64,000 bases of DNA from Ferroacidibacillus organovorans. Its GTDB lineage: Bacteria > Bacillota > Bacilli > Alicyclobacillales > SLC66. The DNA is taken from NCBI RefSeq assembly GCF_001642725.1, contig NZ_LSUQ01000002.1, positions 62,001 to 126,000 of the forward strand, read 5' to 3'. This document shows positions 30,665 through 40,531 of the stretch, piece by piece (position 1 is the first letter of the stretch; each line of letters begins with the position of its first letter). The notes beneath the pieces are model-generated. The model did no database searches. It saw nothing but the letters and a program-made list of their open reading frames with translations, and had not been told where the DNA came from. The translations under genes were made by a program, and so were the position numbers.

Positions 30665-31386
30665 TAGTTACGGTCCTCTGACGTAAGGCAAACGATTTTA
30701 TATCCCACACTGTGAATCGTTTTTAAAAAACATAAAGAATCGATTTGAGCTAACTTTTTCCGCAGATGGCTCATATGAGAGGTTACTTTATGCGACGTGG
30801 CATCATCCAAAGATTCCCCTGACGCGATCAGTCCAGCCGCATTAGCCAGTTCAACTTTGCTGCACACAGCCCCAAATCTTGAGAAGAGGAGCTCCAGCAT
30901 CTGACTCTCCGTTACGGTCAGGATCACCTCGTGAATCCCTGACCGTAAGGAAAGCGCTGACGTTTCGAGCAAACAGTTGCCGACGCGGATCAGCGAATTT
31001 ATATTTTCCGAAGTTTCACTACGTCTCTCTCGCTCCATGACCAATCGATTTACTCGAGCGAGCAGTTCACGCAAACTGAATGGCTTTACAACGTAATCAT
31101 CTGCGCCTCGCTCCAATCCGTCGATACGATCTTGTTCACCCGCTTTGGCTGTGATCAAAATGACATACACGACACGCTGTGACTTTACCGTTTGGCAAAT
31201 TTTCAAACCGTCAATGCCAGGTAACATTTGATCTAAAAGAAGGACGTCATAGGATTCCGTCAACGCTCTTCCAAGCCCGGCGTGACCATCGTGCGAGATG
31301 CTGCATGTGTGTCCATTCTGCTCCAAAAATAGTCTCAGGATCTCTGCAGTTTTTGGCTCATCTTCGACAATCAGCACATTCGCCAT
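30664..31386 (-). CDS. OmpR/PhoB-family response regulator
   Basis: VEDE, LDQMLPG, GADDYVVKPF, C-terminal TIHSVGY. Confidence 0.93.
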   Translation of the reverse strand: MANVLIVEDEPKTAEILRLFLEQNGHTCSISHDGHAGLGRALTESYDVLLLDQMLPGIDGLKICQTVKSQRVVYVILITAKAGEQDRIDGLERGADDYVVKPFSLRELLARVNRLVMERERRSETSENINSLIRVGNCLLETSALSLRSGIHEVILTVTESQMLELLFSRFGAVCSKVELANAAGLIASGESLDDATSHKVTSHMSHLRKKLAQIDSLCFLKTIHSVGYKIVCLTSEDRN

Positions 31387-31522
31387 GGAGGTCGCTCCTC
31401 ATTTACAGCCATGCAATTGAAGCATATGGAACAGTCTAATTAGAAGATTACCTTGTCAGTGTAAGCGTTTCGTGAATAATCGTAAAAGAAATGGTAATGA
31501 TCCCCTCGCACCACTGAACCGA

Positions 31523-32155
31523 TTAAACCCACAGCGTTTTTTTCTCCCAACTTGTTCGCCTTCGAGGCACCTGACGTTGTTCGGAATAGCCTAGATAAAT
31601 CGCCGCGACAAACGACGCCTCATCACCTACGTTCAAAAATGATTTTACGTGAGACCCTTCGAAATACTCTGCCGTGCGCCAGATCGCTCCCAGTCCTAGA
31701 TCATGCGCACAGAGAAGGAAATTTTGTACAGCCGCCGCTGTCGCAGAGAGATTTTCACGCGATACAACTGCGTCCTTTCCCTGATCTGAATAGACACAAA
31801 CGATCACAGGCGCGCTTAATAGCTTTTTACGTATCTTCTCGATCTCCATCGATTGGCGAACATCCCCGAACATCCTTCGTGGGTACGTTACGCGTTCCCG
31901 AATCAACTCCCTGCGTTCTTCGGGTGACGATTCATGAACGTAACCAGATGCCCCAGACATTTGCTCGGCAATCGCCTCTGACAAACGAATGCGAGACTCA
32001 CCAGCCAAAACACGAAATTGCCATGGTTCGGTCATGCGATGATTGGGCGCCCACGTCGCTGACTCCAAACACTTCTCTAATAACTCTCTAGCAACGATCG
32101 CATCAGAAAATTTCTTGATGCTTGACCGCGATTGAATGGCGAAAAATGTTTCCAT
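31523..32155 (-). CDS. Nitroreductase family protein
   Basis: SRSSIKKF, WAPNHRMTEPW, QNFLLCAHDLGLG. Confidence 0.9.
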   Translation of the reverse strand: METFFAIQSRSSIKKFSDAIVARELLEKCLESATWAPNHRMTEPWQFRVLAGESRIRLSEAIAEQMSGASGYVHESSPEERRELIRERVTYPRRMFGDVRQSMEIEKIRKKLLSAPVIVCVYSDQGKDAVVSRENLSATAAAVQNFLLCAHDLGLGAIWRTAEYFEGSHVKSFLNVGDEASFVAAIYLGYSEQRQVPRRRTSWEKKTLWV

Positions 32156-32280
32156 GCTACATCTCCCTCCGATAAAAATTCTTATTGCTGCTCAGCACGC
32201 AGACACAAACGCTCTCTTTCTCGCTGCGTCTGCGTGCAAGCGTCATAAAACACACCTAATTTGTAATGGACTCTAAAAGA

Positions 32281-33564
32281 TTAGAGTTGAGCACTTCCGC
32301 TTAAATAGGCATCGGCCTGCTGTTGAAGCTGAGTCAGCGCCATTTTTACGCTTGTTTGTCCTGTCACTGCCTTGTAGAAGTATGCGTCAAGCACAGACTG
32401 GACTTCATTGTAGGCCGTTGGAACGGGACGAGGGATGGTATACGGCGACGCCAATTCTGAAATCGCTACTCTCGTACCTGGATGAGTGGCCATGTAAGAG
32501 GATGGGATCCGCACGGAAGCAGATCTTGTTTCTGGCGGAAACCCAGAGTGCTCGCCCCAATAAATCTGCGGACCCTCACTAAACCACCATTTGATGAAGG
32601 TTGCGGCCCCAGCGTTCTGTGCTTTGGTGTGATCGATCATCATCACAAACCCAAGTCCTTGAACCAAATTTGCAGTATGGCCAGAAGACCCCTTGGGATA
32701 CGCGAAAACGCCCACTGGAAAGCGCCCATGAACTGCCTCGAGGATCTTTTCGTATCCTGCGGATGTCCCATCCGCCACAGCAATTTTCCCCGCGCCAAAA
32801 TCGGATCGGATATTCGCGCCATGCGCAAAAATCATCTCATGCTTGGCGTACAACGTTCGGAAGTAATTAAAGGTTTCATAAGCCGCAGGAGAAAGGAAGT
32901 CAGTTTTGTGCTGGTTTGAACCCGGTAGAAAAAGTTGGCCTCCGTTGGCGAGAAAAGGCGGAAGAATATGCGCAGAAGAATCTTTATAGGCTAAAGGAAC
33001 CACAGTAGGAAACTTTCTTTTAATAATCGCAAGATCTGCCGCTAATTGTGTCCACGTCTGTGGGACCGATTTAATCCCAGCTTGCTTAAACAATTTTATG
33101 TTGTACGTTAATTGCGAGACTTTAGCATCCGCCATGATGCGATAGTGCTGACTTCCCACTTCCCCGTTTGTCCACACACTTGGATAGGTCGCTCCCTCAC
33201 TCAAGCCACCCTTTCCCATCACATAGGGATTAAGGGATAACAGCGCATGAGCGTTTAAAAATGATCCGTCATAGTGACTGATTTCGGCCAATACCGGCGG
33301 GTTTCCCGCAGCCAATGCGCCTAAGGCCTTTGTGCTCGCTTTGGTGACGTCGATCGTCACATGAATACCTGGATGTGTCCGGTTAAACCAATTCACGAGA
33401 TACGTCATCGAGTCTGCAACAGGTCCCCCATTGTGTGATTCCCAAAGCGTAACTTGCTGAACAGGCTTTGTTTGTGCCTGTACGCCACCCGTCAGTAAAC
33501 TCGTAACACAATAAAGACCAACGGCTCCGGTTCCCATCAAGGCCATCCATTTCGCATTCATCAA
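32281..33564 (-). CDS. ABC substrate-binding protein (UgpB-like)
   Basis: FNRTHPGIHV, YNIKLFKQAGI, PQTW; signal peptide. Confidence 0.85.
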   Translation of the reverse strand: MMNAKWMALMGTGAVGLYCVTSLLTGGVQAQTKPVQQVTLWESHNGGPVADSMTYLVNWFNRTHPGIHVTIDVTKASTKALGALAAGNPPVLAEISHYDGSFLNAHALLSLNPYVMGKGGLSEGATYPSVWTNGEVGSQHYRIMADAKVSQLTYNIKLFKQAGIKSVPQTWTQLAADLAIIKRKFPTVVPLAYKDSSAHILPPFLANGGQLFLPGSNQHKTDFLSPAAYETFNYFRTLYAKHEMIFAHGANIRSDFGAGKIAVADGTSAGYEKILEAVHGRFPVGVFAYPKGSSGHTANLVQGLGFVMMIDHTKAQNAGAATFIKWWFSEGPQIYWGEHSGFPPETRSASVRIPSSYMATHPGTRVAISELASPYTIPRPVPTAYNEVQSVLDAYFYKAVTGQTSVKMALTQLQQQADAYLSGSAQL

Positions 33565-33664
33565 ATGCCACCTCCATCAATTTTAACAATCTACAAAAGC
33601 GCAATCCTTATCCATCCATCCTTTATTACAGTGATCCCCCCTCTCAAAACTCGGTTTTTCTGAC

Positions 33665-34477
33665 TCATTCTTTAGAACCTTGCTCACCTCCGGCAACCGC
33701 CGCAACGATGTGGTTTTGAGTAAACAGAAAAACGATAATAATCGGCACGAGCGCCAGCAGAGCGGCAGACGCGAGCTCTCTCCAATTCGCCTGGTACGTC
33801 TGCATATAACGGGTCAGAGCCAACTCGATTGGATCGATCGCTGTGGTATCCGTCATAATCAGCGGCCATTGAAATTGATTCCACGAGGATATGAATGTAA
33901 GCAATGTGACCGTGGCAACCGCAGGACGAGCAAGCGGAACCGCTACACGCCGTATGTACGTCCACGAGTTCACATTCTCCACACGCGCAATCTCTCGATA
34001 ACTGCGCGGAAGTTTCATGAAATACTGACGAAACAGGAAAATACCTGACGTATTCGCTGTAAATGGTAGAATCAACCCAGCGTACGAATTTAGTAGGTGT
34101 AAGTGAAACATGACCACATATTGCGGCACCAACAGCGCCTGCCCAGGAAGCATCATTACACCGAGAAACAGATAGAAAATCGCGTTTTTTCCAGGCATGT
34201 TTATTTCTGCGAGTGCGTAACCCGCAAGCGCACTACTCACAAGGACGCATCCGATGGTCAGAGACGTAATCAATATGCTATTGAGGAGATAGCGCATCCA
34301 ACTTGTTTGCGTCAATACCACCCATAGGGCGTGAAAGTGAAACGCGGGTAAGAAGACAGGCGGTAAACTGTACGCCGCACCGCGCGCGCCCGTGGCAATG
34401 ACAAGTGTCCAATAAATAGGCGCAATAAAGAGGATTGCGATGAAAATTCGAATGACCATAGGCCAACGATTCGACAT
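33665..34477 (-). CDS. ABC permease (UgpE/MalG-like)
   Basis: GIFLFRQYF, FISSWNQFQWPL; ATG 34477 after GAGGAGG. Confidence 0.9.
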   Translation of the reverse strand: MSNRWPMVIRIFIAILFIAPIYWTLVIATGARGAAYSLPPVFLPAFHFHALWVVLTQTSWMRYLLNSILITSLTIGCVLVSSALAGYALAEINMPGKNAIFYLFLGVMMLPGQALLVPQYVVMFHLHLLNSYAGLILPFTANTSGIFLFRQYFMKLPRSYREIARVENVNSWTYIRRVAVPLARPAVATVTLLTFISSWNQFQWPLIMTDTTAIDPIELALTRYMQTYQANWRELASAALLALVPIIIVFLFTQNHIVAAVAGGEQGSKE

Positions 34478-34490
34478 GATGTACCTCCTC

Positions 34491-35423
34491 TCACCGATAA
34501 AAAACGAGTCTATCGGCAATCCACTTCTGTAAAAGTGTTAACGCTAAAATGAGGATGAAGAGAATCAAACTCATTGCAGACGCGAGCGAGAAATGTTGGT
34601 AAATAAACGCGGTTTGATAAATCAGAATCGAATCTGTCGTTGTGGCAAACGCCGGCCCGCCTGCTCCACCGTGTGGACCACCGGTTAACGTATAGATCTG
34701 CGAGAAGGTCTGCAGCGCATTAATTGTGGCGAGTACGACCACAAAAAAGGTTACAGGGCTCACAAGTGGCCAGATGATTCGACGGAAGAGATACCAGGAT
34801 CTGGCGTTATCCAGTTGCGCCGCCTCCATGACCCCGCGCGGAAGCGTTGAGAGCGCCCCGAGAAACAGCACCGTATAGAGTCCTAAAGAGTGCCATAGAC
34901 TGAAGATCATCACTGCCGGCATAGCCCAGTGAGTACTCCCCAACCATCCCGGTTGCGGCAGATGGAAAAATCCCAAGACGGCGTTGATGAGTCCAAATTG
35001 TGGATCAAACAACCAGATCCAGATAATGGAGGTCGCTACAACCGGAGTCACATGCGGTAAAAACACCATGGATCGTATCGCAGACCCACCTTTTGATCGA
35101 ATTCCCCCACGCAAGAGTAGTGCGAGGCCGAGCGCTAGCATGGTCACCGATGGGACAATCACTGCTGTATAGTACAAACTGTTCGCCAGTGACTGCCAAA
35201 AGAGGGGCTGGTGAATGAGAATGATAAAGTTTTCAAATCCGACAAACGCACTCCGGGATGTGAAGATATTCCAGTGAAAAAAGGAGATGTACACCAGAAA
35301 CACTGCAGGAGCATAAAAAAACACAAGAAAGATGAGCATGCTTGGCAACAAGAGTCCAAACCCAAACAACGTTTCTACATGCCGGCGTAGGGTTAACCTG
35401 GAACGCTCAATCATCACTGACAT
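34491..35423 (-). CDS. ABC permease (UgpA/MalF-like)
   Basis: MEAAQLDNA, LVSPVTFF; start 35423 or 35444. Confidence 0.9.
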   Translation of the reverse strand: MSVMIERSRLTLRRHVETLFGFGLLLPSMLIFLVFFYAPAVFLVYISFFHWNIFTSRSAFVGFENFIILIHQPLFWQSLANSLYYTAVIVPSVTMLALGLALLLRGGIRSKGGSAIRSMVFLPHVTPVVATSIIWIWLFDPQFGLINAVLGFFHLPQPGWLGSTHWAMPAVMIFSLWHSLGLYTVLFLGALSTLPRGVMEAAQLDNARSWYLFRRIIWPLVSPVTFFVVVLATINALQTFSQIYTLTGGPHGGAGGPAFATTTDSILIYQTAFIYQHFSLASAMSLILFILILALTLLQKWIADRLVFYR

Positions 35424-35427
35424 TGGT

Positions 35428-36603
35428 TTACGCCTCCGAGCCATTCACGGCAGTCAGAATTCGCCTTGATCGTTGTGGAGACAGGTGCGTTTGCTCAGAG
35501 AGATCGATGTCGAGTCGTTGCTGATGTTCATCAAACCAGTGAAATGCTTCGTAAGGCACCGTAATCCATACCCGCTCATTGCGCTTTGGCGCACACTCAC
35601 CGTGTTCAATGAAATAGACAAGCGCATCCTTCCCCCACGTAGCATGAACATGCGTGCGTGCGCCGAGCGTTTCGAGGTGTGTTACCGTGACAAGGATTTG
35701 AATTCCTTCTCCCCGCAAAACTTTTATAACTTCTGGTCGAAATCCTAGCCAAAATGTGCTGCCGTTTTGCGGCAATCGATCGATTCCTAACTCCGTGGGC
35801 AGTAAAACCGGGATGGTATCATCGTGATTGATCGAACCTAATTCAACTCGGCCTGACCGAACAAGAATCGTGACATTCAAGACATTCATTGGGGGCGAAC
35901 CAAAAAAACGGCCTACAAAGAGTGTGGCCGGACGGTGGTACACCTCGTGTGGTGTACCGATTTGCTCGATTCTCCCTTTCTGCATAACGAGAATGCGGTC
36001 AGACATGGTCATCGCTTCGACTTGGTCATGTGTGACATAGATGGTTGCTACGCGCGACAATTCGTGCAAGTGGCGTAAATCCACACGCATTTTCTCACGC
36101 AGGACAGCATCAAGGTTTGAGAGCGGCTCATCCATTAAAAACAGATCGGGTTGTCGAACTAGCGCTCTTCCCAGAGCTACGCGTTGCTTTTGTCCGCCTG
36201 AAAGTGCACCAGGTCGTTTGGTGAGCATTTCCTCCAGTTCAAGAAGTTTTGCAACTTCTTCGACACGCTTGCGAATCAACATCTTTTGCATACGAGTGGC
36301 ACGCAACGGAAACGCTAGATTTTCAAACACGGTTAAGTGAGGATACAATGCGTAGTTCTGAAAGACCATTCCTATCTTTCTTTCACCAGGTGTTGTATCT
36401 TTGGCATTCAGACCTGCAATTTGAATGGTTCCTGATGTGGGTTGTTCTAATCCGGCGATCATGCGTAAAATGCTTGATTTCCCGCATCCGGACGGTCCAA
36501 CAATCACAAGGAATTCATTTGCTTGTACCGTGAAGGTAACCTCTTGAAGTGCCCACTGAGTACCATACTGTTTCGTTACATCATAAAAATGAACTGCATC
36601 CAC
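35428..36603 (-). CDS. ABC ATPase (UgpC/MalK-like)
   Basis: GPSGCGKS, LSGGQKQRVALGRA, DEPLSNLDA, YVTHDQVEAM. Confidence 0.94.
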   Translation of the reverse strand: MDAVHFYDVTKQYGTQWALQEVTFTVQANEFLVIVGPSGCGKSSILRMIAGLEQPTSGTIQIAGLNAKDTTPGERKIGMVFQNYALYPHLTVFENLAFPLRATRMQKMLIRKRVEEVAKLLELEEMLTKRPGALSGGQKQRVALGRALVRQPDLFLMDEPLSNLDAVLREKMRVDLRHLHELSRVATIYVTHDQVEAMTMSDRILVMQKGRIEQIGTPHEVYHRPATLFVGRFFGSPPMNVLNVTILVRSGRVELGSINHDDTIPVLLPTELGIDRLPQNGSTFWLGFRPEVIKVLRGEGIQILVTVTHLETLGARTHVHATWGKDALVYFIEHGECAPKRNERVWITVPYEAFHWFDEHQQRLDIDLSEQTHLSPQRSRRILTAVNGSEA

Positions 36604-36849
36604 CGCGTTTTTCCTCCCCCACATCACTCTTCATAGAGAGTCTACCAACGCGATGTTGCTGTTCCTCATACAAAGTATCCGATTTGAATTAAAGAATAGA
36701 AAATGATTTCCCCTAATTTATACGCGAATTGTAAATAAGATGAGAAGAAGTTAAAACGTTGTCGAACGAAGATAAAAAATAGCCGGCTGCTTAGAACGGC
36801 TCAGCACGGCTAGATCAAACACATGGTAGAACAAATCTATGAAAATGGA

Positions 36850-37059
36850 TCACTTCAATTTTTTCATTTTTAATTTTAGTTGATGCTCTACAGATACAAC
36901 CAGTGAAACAATCAAACCTCCCCATATGAGAACTGCCCCCAAGAAAAATTCTCGCAAAACAAGCGAAGAAATTGCGGATAAAAGGAGTGCGATCATAAGA
37001 ATAGATGCCAATCTTCGATCGTCGACAAGCAATCCCCATAACGTTTGCAAAACCCTCAC
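36850..37059 (-). CDS. Small two-helix membrane protein
   Basis: AGGAGTG RBS, LWGLLVDD followed by two hydrophobic helices; same strand directly after COG4280 gene. Confidence 0.7.
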   Translation of the reverse strand: MRVLQTLWGLLVDDRRLASILMIALLLSAISSLVLREFFLGAVLIWGGLIVSLVVSVEHQLKLKMKKLK

Positions 37060-37069
37060 AAAATCACTC

Positions 37070-37837
37070 CTAAGCTAATTTCTGAAAATCTGAGCCTTGA
37101 TTTGTGGATTTTAAAACGGATTTACAACGCTGTATAATAAAATAGGAGACAAGTAGCAGTGTTACAGCTAAATACAGAATAGAGACATCTTTTTGTGGCC
37201 AATGAACCCGCAAGCCCTCTCCCAGCCAAAATGAACCAAAACTAGTCAGCATAATTCCAACAACAAATTTCATGGTGTTCTCTGGCACCTTTGTCAATGG
37301 ATTCCGTAGAAGAACGCCAGCAAGGATTGTAACAACCGTGGCGATGACTGCGCCGTCAATCGAATACTGCATGTGATTCGTGCTTAGCCCAATGGTAATG
37401 ACAATAAAAATTGCCTCAAGACCTTCCAAAAATGTACCGCTAAACGCGGTGATAAATGCAAATTGGTCAATCCCGGATTTTACGTATCCAGCCTTGCGTT
37501 GACGATCCATCTCCTCATTGTAGCTTTCCGCCTCATCATGCAATGACTTTAATCCAGCGTATCGCAAAATGGCTTTACGCAACCAGCGAATGCCGAACAA
37601 CAACATGAATAACCCAATGATGAGTGCCACCCAAGGCGTCTGAATCACACGGACAAGCGGGGCACCAATGATGACGACAAGCGCAGCCAATACCAAAACT
37701 GCGGTTGCCGCTCCGTATAAGGCGCTTTTCCAGCCACGTATGACACCGACCGCTAAAACAATGGTTAACGCCTCTACAAATTCAACACCGGTACCAAGAA
37801 AGCTTGCGAACGAAGCATACAAATCAAACAGATTCAA
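37070..37837 (-). CDS. COG4280 / UPF0016 (GDT1-like) membrane protein
   Basis: VEFVEALTIVLAVG, WLRKAILR, LEGLEA, VPENTMKFVVG. Confidence 0.82.
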   Translation of the reverse strand: MNLFDLYASFASFLGTGVEFVEALTIVLAVGVIRGWKSALYGAATAVLVLAALVVIIGAPLVRVIQTPWVALIIGLFMLLFGIRWLRKAILRYAGLKSLHDEAESYNEEMDRQRKAGYVKSGIDQFAFITAFSGTFLEGLEAIFIVITIGLSTNHMQYSIDGAVIATVVTILAGVLLRNPLTKVPENTMKFVVGIMLTSFGSFWLGEGLRVHWPQKDVSILYLAVTLLLVSYFIIQRCKSVLKSTNQGSDFQKLA

Positions 37838-37900
37838 TGCTTTTTCACTCCTCGCAGATTAGATTTCCATCGGTATGTCTACAATTTTGTACGTTGCCAT

Positions 37901-38428
37901 TTAACCACTCAGGTTTATGTCCAGCCTTTCAGAAAGTAGGGATTCCAATTCCCTCAATTTATCTTCTGCATCGCTCCGATTGGAGCATTGAAAATAGTCC
38001 CGCGCAGTTAACTTTCGAAACCACTTTCGCAGTCGGTAAAATTTGATGACCCAATCTTCAATGGATCCATGCAGCGTGGGTTCCTTGTACGTGGACACTT
38101 CACGAATGAAGCGGACACATTCATCTCTGAATTCTATAAATTCAGCCGAACGCTCCAGGTTCATCAATTCGATCATATGGGTCTGGGTGTTCTCAGAAAA
38201 CTGGTCGACGTCAAGCCAATGAACATTGCCGCCAGCTTCTTCAATAAAGAACTTGAGTTTGTTCAATTTTTTAATCACTTCGGTTCTAGCCGGTACAATA
38301 TAGACAGACTGTTGTAGCGAAGCCGCACCAATTCTACGTAAAATACGCCAAGCTCTTACACGTAACGTAGATGTATCTGTTGTGACACGATACGTAAGAA
38401 TGATCCATCTAGATTGATCTTCGATCAG
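37901..38428 (-). CDS. ChrB N-terminal-domain protein (putative regulator)
   Basis: Frame open upstream of the ORF-track start: RWIILTYRV...STLRVRAWRILRRIGAASLQQSVYIVP; C-terminal LRKWFRKLTARDYF; probable CTG start. Confidence 0.78.
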   Translation of the reverse strand: MIEDQSRWIILTYRVTTDTSTLRVRAWRILRRIGAASLQQSVYIVPARTEVIKKLNKLKFFIEEAGGNVHWLDVDQFSENTQTHMIELMNLERSAEFIEFRDECVRFIREVSTYKEPTLHGSIEDWVIKFYRLRKWFRKLTARDYFQCSNRSDAEDKLRELESLLSERLDINLSG

Positions 38429-38646
38429 TATGGCATCACTCTCTCCATAGAACTTCTATTATCCCTACTCAACATATCACAAAATCATAAAAACGCAACC
38501 ATTGTTTCACTTTTTCGATCCGCTTCACTCGGAAACATTTTATCAGCCAAGTACACCAACTTTATGGTTTCTTTACATCATCTCCATCGCTGAATCACAT
38601 AGGTCAACTACAATGAAATCATCCCTCAACCATTGGGAGGCAGACC

Positions 38647-39504
38647 ATGACAGTCCCTTGGCTCATTGCAATCGACCTTGACGGCACTCTTTTGCACCCA
38701 GATCACACCATCAGCGCGATGAGCAAAGAAACCCTTTCTCACGCGATCGCAAGCGGTCACACCATCGTATTGGCAACAGGAAGACCCCCGCGTGCAGCGC
38801 TCCCGTATCACCGTGAACTTCTTCTTACGACACCGCTGATCGCGCTTAACGGCGCAATCCTGTGGGACGAAGCCCAGCAAGAAATCATCACAAAAAAGAC
38901 CATTTCAAAGTCATCGGCAAACGATCTTATTGACTTGTCGTACGCACTCGGCGGACGTATGGCAGTCGCTGAGATCGGGTTTGAATGCTACTTGCTTCAC
39001 AGTTTCGGAGAATTGGGATGGACGGACAGCATGACATCCTTTTTTCAGAAAGCCGTCCTTGGTTCCGATCCGAAACGCCAACCGAGGGAAATCCGTCGCG
39101 ACGATGGATTGCCCGACAGCCCCTGTTCACTTCTCCTGCATGTTCCCCGCAACCAACATGAACGATTTATAAAAGAAGCCAGCCAGCGTCCCACGCTCGA
39201 TGTACATTTCCGTTCGTGGCGAGACCCCTATGAAGTGATTGAGATCTCTCCATCCGGCGTATCAAAAGCGACTGCCGTCAGGGACGTTAAAAACCGACTA
39301 GGGCTTTCCCTTGCGAAAACGCTTGCGTTTGGCGACGAAATGAATGACGCCGATCTCTTGCGCTATGCCGACATCGGGATCGCAATGGCAAACGCCAATC
39401 CACAGTTGATTCCTTACGCCGACCAATTCACGGCCAGCAATGATCAGGATGGCGTAGCGCAATACCTCAACACATACCTCCTTGAAAAAACCCGTGAAGC
39501 TTAA
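38647..39504 (+). CDS. Cof-type HAD-IIB phosphatase
   Basis: DLDGTLL, ATGR, GVSK, FGDEMND. Confidence 0.92.
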   Translation: MTVPWLIAIDLDGTLLHPDHTISAMSKETLSHAIASGHTIVLATGRPPRAALPYHRELLLTTPLIALNGAILWDEAQQEIITKKTISKSSANDLIDLSYALGGRMAVAEIGFECYLLHSFGELGWTDSMTSFFQKAVLGSDPKRQPREIRRDDGLPDSPCSLLLHVPRNQHERFIKEASQRPTLDVHFRSWRDPYEVIEISPSGVSKATAVRDVKNRLGLSLAKTLAFGDEMNDADLLRYADIGIAMANANPQLIPYADQFTASNDQDGVAQYLNTYLLEKTREA

Positions 39505-39518
39505 AATCGCTTCACGGG
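39491..39518. terminator. Hairpin at HAD stop codon
   Basis: CCCGTGAAGC-N8-GCTTCACGGG. Confidence 0.7.
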
Positions 39519-39543
39519 ATTCTTTTGCAGTAAATCGCCCACA

Positions 39544-39654
39544 TCATACTGCATACCCCAGATCGAAAATCAACCGATATCCATCATGTGCGAGTTCAAT
39601 GATCGTGCCGCCGATCGTCGTACATCCGCCATAAAACGTTAACTTCGTACCCAC
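39544..39654 (-). pseudogene. N-terminal remnant of an MBL-fold (RNase J-like) metallohydrolase
   Basis: GGGAG RBS then GTG: MGTKLTFYGGCTTIGGTIIELAHDGYRLIFDLGYAV*; resembles the GG..IGG...IFD.G start of MBL hydrolases. Confidence 0.65.
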
Positions 39655-39690
39655 ACAGATCCGCTCCCACACACCTGATCGTAATAATGC

Positions 39691-40530
39691 TCAGCCTTGA
39701 ATGCCTTCGCCGCGAGAGATCCCGCGAATGATGTAGCGCTGGAGGAGAAGAAACAGAAGGATGACAGGCATCGTCGTGAAAAGCGAGGCCGCCGAAAGAC
39801 GCCGCCAATCCACCGAGTTGTTATCAAGAAAGTGGGCAAGCGCCACCTCGACGGGCTGCACATTGTGGCTCTGCGTGACCATGAGAGGCCACATGAGCGA
39901 ATTCCAGGAGCCGATGAAAATATACAGTGAGACCGTGAAGAGAATGGGCCTACTCAGCGGCAAGGCAACCGACCAGAGATAGCGCAGATGACCGCAGCCA
40001 TCGATGCGCGCCGCATCCCAGTAATCCTTGGGCAGTGAGAGAAAAAACTGGCGCAATAAAAAGATTCCAAAAACAGATGCGCCGTAAGGCAAGATCTGCG
40101 CCCAGTAGGTGTCTATCAAGTTCATCATCGCTAAAATTACGAAATTCGGAATCAGGTGCGCTTCACTCGGGATCATCATCACGACCAAGATCAGCGAAAA
40201 CACCCACTCGCGACCGCGAAACTCGATGAAACTGAGCGCATACGCAGCCAGCACGGATGTAGCTAGCGCAATCAAGATGGTCACAAAAGCAATAAAGAGC
40301 GTATTGCCGAAGTACATCATCCAAGGAAACATGTTCCACGCGCGCACATAGACACCGAGCCGACCATCGAGCGTGAGGTGCGGTGGAAACTGAAACACGT
40401 CCGCCTTTGTGTCCAACGAAGTGACGAGTGCGATATAGAGCGGGAATAAAAAGGAAAGCCCGATCCCGAGCGAAATCAACGCGCGTACGTATCGCCGACC
40501 TAACCGAAACATCTTGTCAGCCCCTGGCAT
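39691..40530 (-). CDS. ABC permease (UgpE/MalG-like)
   Basis: GIFLLRQFF, WDAARIDG. Confidence 0.92.
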   Translation of the reverse strand: MPGADKMFRLGRRYVRALISLGIGLSFLFPLYIALVTSLDTKADVFQFPPHLTLDGRLGVYVRAWNMFPWMMYFGNTLFIAFVTILIALATSVLAAYALSFIEFRGREWVFSLILVVMMIPSEAHLIPNFVILAMMNLIDTYWAQILPYGASVFGIFLLRQFFLSLPKDYWDAARIDGCGHLRYLWSVALPLSRPILFTVSLYIFIGSWNSLMWPLMVTQSHNVQPVEVALAHFLDNNSVDWRRLSAASLFTTMPVILLFLLLQRYIIRGISRGEGIQG

Positions 40531-40531
40531 T

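Noticed and set aside
38500..38600. Fluoride or yybP-ykoY riboswitch upstream of the ChrB operon
   Set aside because: GCGATGGAG and GCTGAT fragments exist on the minus strand, but the required pairing and pseudoknot are absent
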